A model generated the notes under the pieces. It did not search any database, had not been told where the DNA came from, and saw only the letters and a program-made list of their open reading frames with translations. This document shows, piece after piece, positions 60,749 through 64,000 of a DNA stretch of 64,000 bases (position 1 is its first letter; each line of letters opens with the position of its first letter). A program made the position numbers and the translations under genes. This DNA is from Alphaproteobacteria bacterium (GTDB lineage Bacteria; Pseudomonadota; Alphaproteobacteria; JAAXGF01): assembly GCA_963555825.3 (NCBI GenBank), contig CAUVXB020000001.1, positions 1,312,001 to 1,376,000 on the forward strand, given 5' to 3'.

Positions 60749-62523
60749 CCGATAGGGACGCGGCACTCGCCGAGATCCACATGCAGGTGATGTGGAACCG
60801 GCTCATCGCGGTCGTCGAGGAGCAGGCGCAGACGCTGATCCGCACCGCGTTCTCGACCACCGTGCGCGAGGCCGGCGACCTGTCGGCCGGCGTCTTCGAC
60901 ACCGAAGGCAACATGCTCGCGCAAGCCGTCACCGGCACGCCGGGCCACGTGAATTCGATGGCCAACGCGGTGCGCCATTACCTCGCCAAATACCCGATCG
61001 AGCGCATGCATGCGGGTGATCATTACATCTCGAACGACCCGTGGCTGACCTCGGGCCACCTGCACGACCTGACCGTCGTCTCGCCGGCGTTCGTGGAAGG
61101 CCGCCCGGTCGGCCTGCTCGCCTGCACCTGCCACGTCGTCGACATCGGCGGCCGCGGCTTCGGCCCCGACGGCCGCCAGGTCTTCGAGGAGGGCCTGTTC
61201 ATCCCGATCATGCCGCTGGCGCGCGAGGGCGTGATCAACCAGGACCTCTTGGACATCGTGCGCGCCAACGTGCGCGAGCCGATGCAGGTCGAGGGCGACA
61301 TCTACTCGTTCGCCGGCAGCAACGACGCCGGCATCGCCCGCCTGCAGACGATGATGGCCGAGTTCGGCCTGGCCAGTCTCGACGACCTGGGCGGTCACAT
61401 CGTCGAACGCTCGCGCGTCGCGACGCTCGCCGAGATCGCGCGGATCCCGCGTGGCACTTGGCACAACACGTTGACCATGGACGGTTATGATCGGCCGATC
61501 GAGCTGGTCTGCAAGATGACGGTCACGGACGACGCCATCGACGTCGACTTCGCCGGCTCATCGCCGGCCAGCCCGTATGGCATCAACGTCGTGCTCAACT
61601 ACTGCCAGGCCTACACCACCTTCGGGGTAAAATGCATCGTCGCGCCCGCCGTACCCAACAACGCGGGCTCGCTGGCGCCGTTCCGCGTCACCGCGCCCGA
61701 GGGCTCGATCCTCAACGTGCGAAGGCCCTGGGCGGTCGCCGCGCGCCACGTCATCGGCCAGATGCTGCCCGACGTCGTCATGGGCTGCCTGGCGCAAGCC
61801 GTGCCCGAACGCGTGCCGGCCGAGGGCTGCTCGGCCAACTGGCAGTCGCAGCTGCGCGGCGGCGCGTCGGCCGTCGACGCCACCGCGGCCACCGCGGCCG
61901 GTGCGGCCGGGCTGGACGCGCCCGAGTACGACGTCGTCTCGTTCAACTCGGGCGGCACCGGCGCGCGCCCGACGGCCGACGGCCTCTCGGCCACCGCCTT
62001 CCCCTCGGGCGTGCGTTCTGTGCCGGTCGAGGCGACCGAGCAGATCGCGCCGGTCGTCGTCTGGCGCAAGGAGTACCGCGTTGATTCGGGCGGCGCCGGC
62101 ACCTGGCGCGGCGGCCTCGGCCAGATCATGGAATTCGGTGCCTTGGGCACATCGGACGACGGCGGCGTGGACGCCACCACCGGCGCCGCCTTCGCCGTGC
62201 TCGCCATGTACGACCGCTGCGACCACCCGGCCAAGGGCCGTTCGGGCGGCCACCCGGGCGCCGCCGGCCGCGTCGCGCTGGCCTCGGGCACGGCGCTGCA
62301 TTCCAAGGGCCAGCAGACCATCCCGGCGGGCGACCGCCTGGTCCTCGACATGCCCGGCGGCGGCGGCTTCGGCGAGCCCCACCAGCGCGACCCGGCGCGC
62401 GTTGCCGCGGATGTCGCCGACGGGTTGGTCAGCCGCGAGGCGGCGCGCGAGGTGTATGGGGTGGTGCTGAGCCCGGCGGGCGAGGTGGATGAGGAGGCGA
62501 CGAACCGGGCACGCCGCCGCTAG
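60745..62523 (+). CDS. Hydantoinase B/oxoprolinase subunit
   Basis: RTAFS..VREAGDLS, NDPW..GHLHD, HVVDIGG, SGGAG.WRGG, PGGGGFG. Confidence 0.92.
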   Translation: MTDRDAALAEIHMQVMWNRLIAVVEEQAQTLIRTAFSTTVREAGDLSAGVFDTEGNMLAQAVTGTPGHVNSMANAVRHYLAKYPIERMHAGDHYISNDPWLTSGHLHDLTVVSPAFVEGRPVGLLACTCHVVDIGGRGFGPDGRQVFEEGLFIPIMPLAREGVINQDLLDIVRANVREPMQVEGDIYSFAGSNDAGIARLQTMMAEFGLASLDDLGGHIVERSRVATLAEIARIPRGTWHNTLTMDGYDRPIELVCKMTVTDDAIDVDFAGSSPASPYGINVVLNYCQAYTTFGVKCIVAPAVPNNAGSLAPFRVTAPEGSILNVRRPWAVAARHVIGQMLPDVVMGCLAQAVPERVPAEGCSANWQSQLRGGASAVDATAATAAGAAGLDAPEYDVVSFNSGGTGARPTADGLSATAFPSGVRSVPVEATEQIAPVVVWRKEYRVDSGGAGTWRGGLGQIMEFGALGTSDDGGVDATTGAAFAVLAMYDRCDHPAKGRSGGHPGAAGRVALASGTALHSKGQQTIPAGDRLVLDMPGGGGFGEPHQRDPARVAADVADGLVSREAAREVYGVVLSPAGEVDEEATNRARRR

Positions 62524-62810
62524 CGTCGACCAACCGGCCAGCGAAGCGTTGTCGGCGATCGCAGCGAATCGTCGCGAAGCATGCAATCGAAGGCATCCAC
62601 ACCGACACGCTGTGTCCGGCAGTGGACGCCATGCCGGAAGCTCAAGGGCCCGGGGCAAAGGTCGTGGGCGACCGCGGTAGAGCGCTTCCGCACACACGAC
62701 CGTCGCCCTGACAACGTTGCGGATAGGATTCACACGCGGCGGGACAGAGTTGACGACCATCAACGCCGTGCGTGTTATGCTTGGAGTCCATTGCAACGAA
62801 TAATCGTCCC

Positions 62811-63162
62811 ATGGGGAGGAAGCAAACGATGAGGATGCTAGTCGTTTCGAATCGAGAGGTGAACGAAGACGCAAGCGACGAAAATGTCTTCGGCGAGAAA
62901 CCAAACCTGATGGGTCCCGGCGAGATTCGTCTCGCGTGGGCGGAGCGCACAAACGATGAATGGAACGTCACTCTCGTCGATGAGCCGGCGGAAATTGACG
63001 AGGCCAATGTGCCTAGCCGTGCGAATTTCCATGAGTTTCGGAATAAATTGATAGAATTAAATAAAAATTGTGTATTCTATATTCATGGTTACAATAAAAG
63101 TTTCAAAGAAAACCTTGATCAATCCTGGGAGATTCAAGAATATTATGACGTGGCGGTTGTAA
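62811..63162 (+). pseudogene. Low-GC alpha/beta hydrolase (DUF900-like) N-terminal fragment cut by IS630
   Basis: VVSNR, CVFYIHGYNKSF; AT-rich codon usage; ends at TA 63163-64. Confidence 0.65.
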
Positions 63163-63164
63163 TA

Positions 63165-64000
63165 CCAACGGGCATTAATCAGAACCCATGGGCCCATTTT
63201 CGGCGTCCGATCGACATGATCTTCCAGGGTTGATCGATGAGCCTGTTCCAGGCTTCGCAACACAGCGCGACGATATCGTCGTAGGTCTTGAATATCCTGT
63301 TGGAAAGCCAGTTATCGCGCATGAACTGCCATATGTTTTCGACGGGGTTCAGCTCGGGCGCTCTTGGTGGCAAGAACATCAATGTGATGTTGGATGGGAT
63401 CTCGAGCCTGCCGGTGGTGTGCCATCCGGCCCGGTCGATGATGAGTACAGCGTGAGCGCCTGGTGTCACCAGGGCCGAGATTTCATCAAGATGCCATTGC
63501 ATGGCCTGAGTGTTGCAGCGGGGCAGGACAAGGCCCGCACCGACACCGCGCGCGGGACAGATGGCACCAAAGATATAGGCCGACTTCGTGCGTTGGTCCC
63601 GGAGCGCCGTGGGTCGGCTGCCGCGTCGCGCCCAGCGCCGGGTGAGCATGGTTTTCTGGCCGACCCGGGCCTCATCTTGCCACCAAATTTCTATCGCGGT
63701 GTTGGCCGGGAGCCTGGCTCGGATCTCCCCCAACCCGGCGGGGAAGTTTTTTTTAAATCCTCGACGGCAAACTCGTTCTGCCCCTTGTGGCGTGGTCGCG
63801 CCGATATCTTGCGAAACCCCAGCGCCCTCAATTCACGGCCCACCGTCGTCTCATCAACCGAAATGCGGAACTCTTCGAATATCCAATGCGCCAGGTCCTT
63901 TCGGCGCCAACGCACGACACCGTGGATCGCCGGAATCGGTCCGCTCTCAACAAGCCGAGCGAGCGCTTGTCGCTGCCTGTCATTGAGCTTGGCCGGCTTG
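63165..64000 (-). mobile_element. IS630-family element running off the window end
   Basis: WQDEARVG, IDRAGWH, LPPRAPELNPVE; TTTAAAAAAAAC slippery site at about 63746-63757; TA|CCAACGG end. Confidence 0.92.

Overview
High-GC alphaproteobacterial-like chromosomal window with a heavy load of mobile DNA (about 15 kb, roughly a fifth to a quarter of the window, summing the element boundaries below). Bases 1-9854 are the right end of a genomic island integrated at a tRNA-Leu(TAA). Its edge is marked by a displaced tRNA 3' half, arm-type repeats and an integrase remnant. The island holds a betaine-type ABC transporter broken by nested ISKra4, IS21 and IS6 elements, plus an unusual 3.7-kb IS66 element (long coiled-coil TnpC and a DUF4338 passenger gene, no TnpA/TnpB) joined end to end with a second copy. 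The backbone carries amine, sulfur and redox metabolism genes: a split and fused glutamate-synthase/N-methylglutamate-synthase-like operon, a TMADH-like flavoprotein, a Rieske oxygenase, an orphan ectC, comDE-like genes, a hydantoinase/oxoprolinase pair, msrA and a glutathione peroxidase. The best candidates for undescribed biology are: (i) a RAYT-type HUH tyrosine transposase tied to an AT-rich, non-hairpin repeat (AAACGTAAGCAGTATA) that also forms dispersed inverted doublets; (ii) the DUF4338-carrying IS66; (iii) a c-di-GMP-I riboswitch over an unknown small gene now split by IS630; (iv) an IS1595 derivative with two left ends; (v) a 3.8-kb cassette between diverged 129-bp direct repeats. 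All assignments come from reading sequence and motifs by eye; no searches were run.
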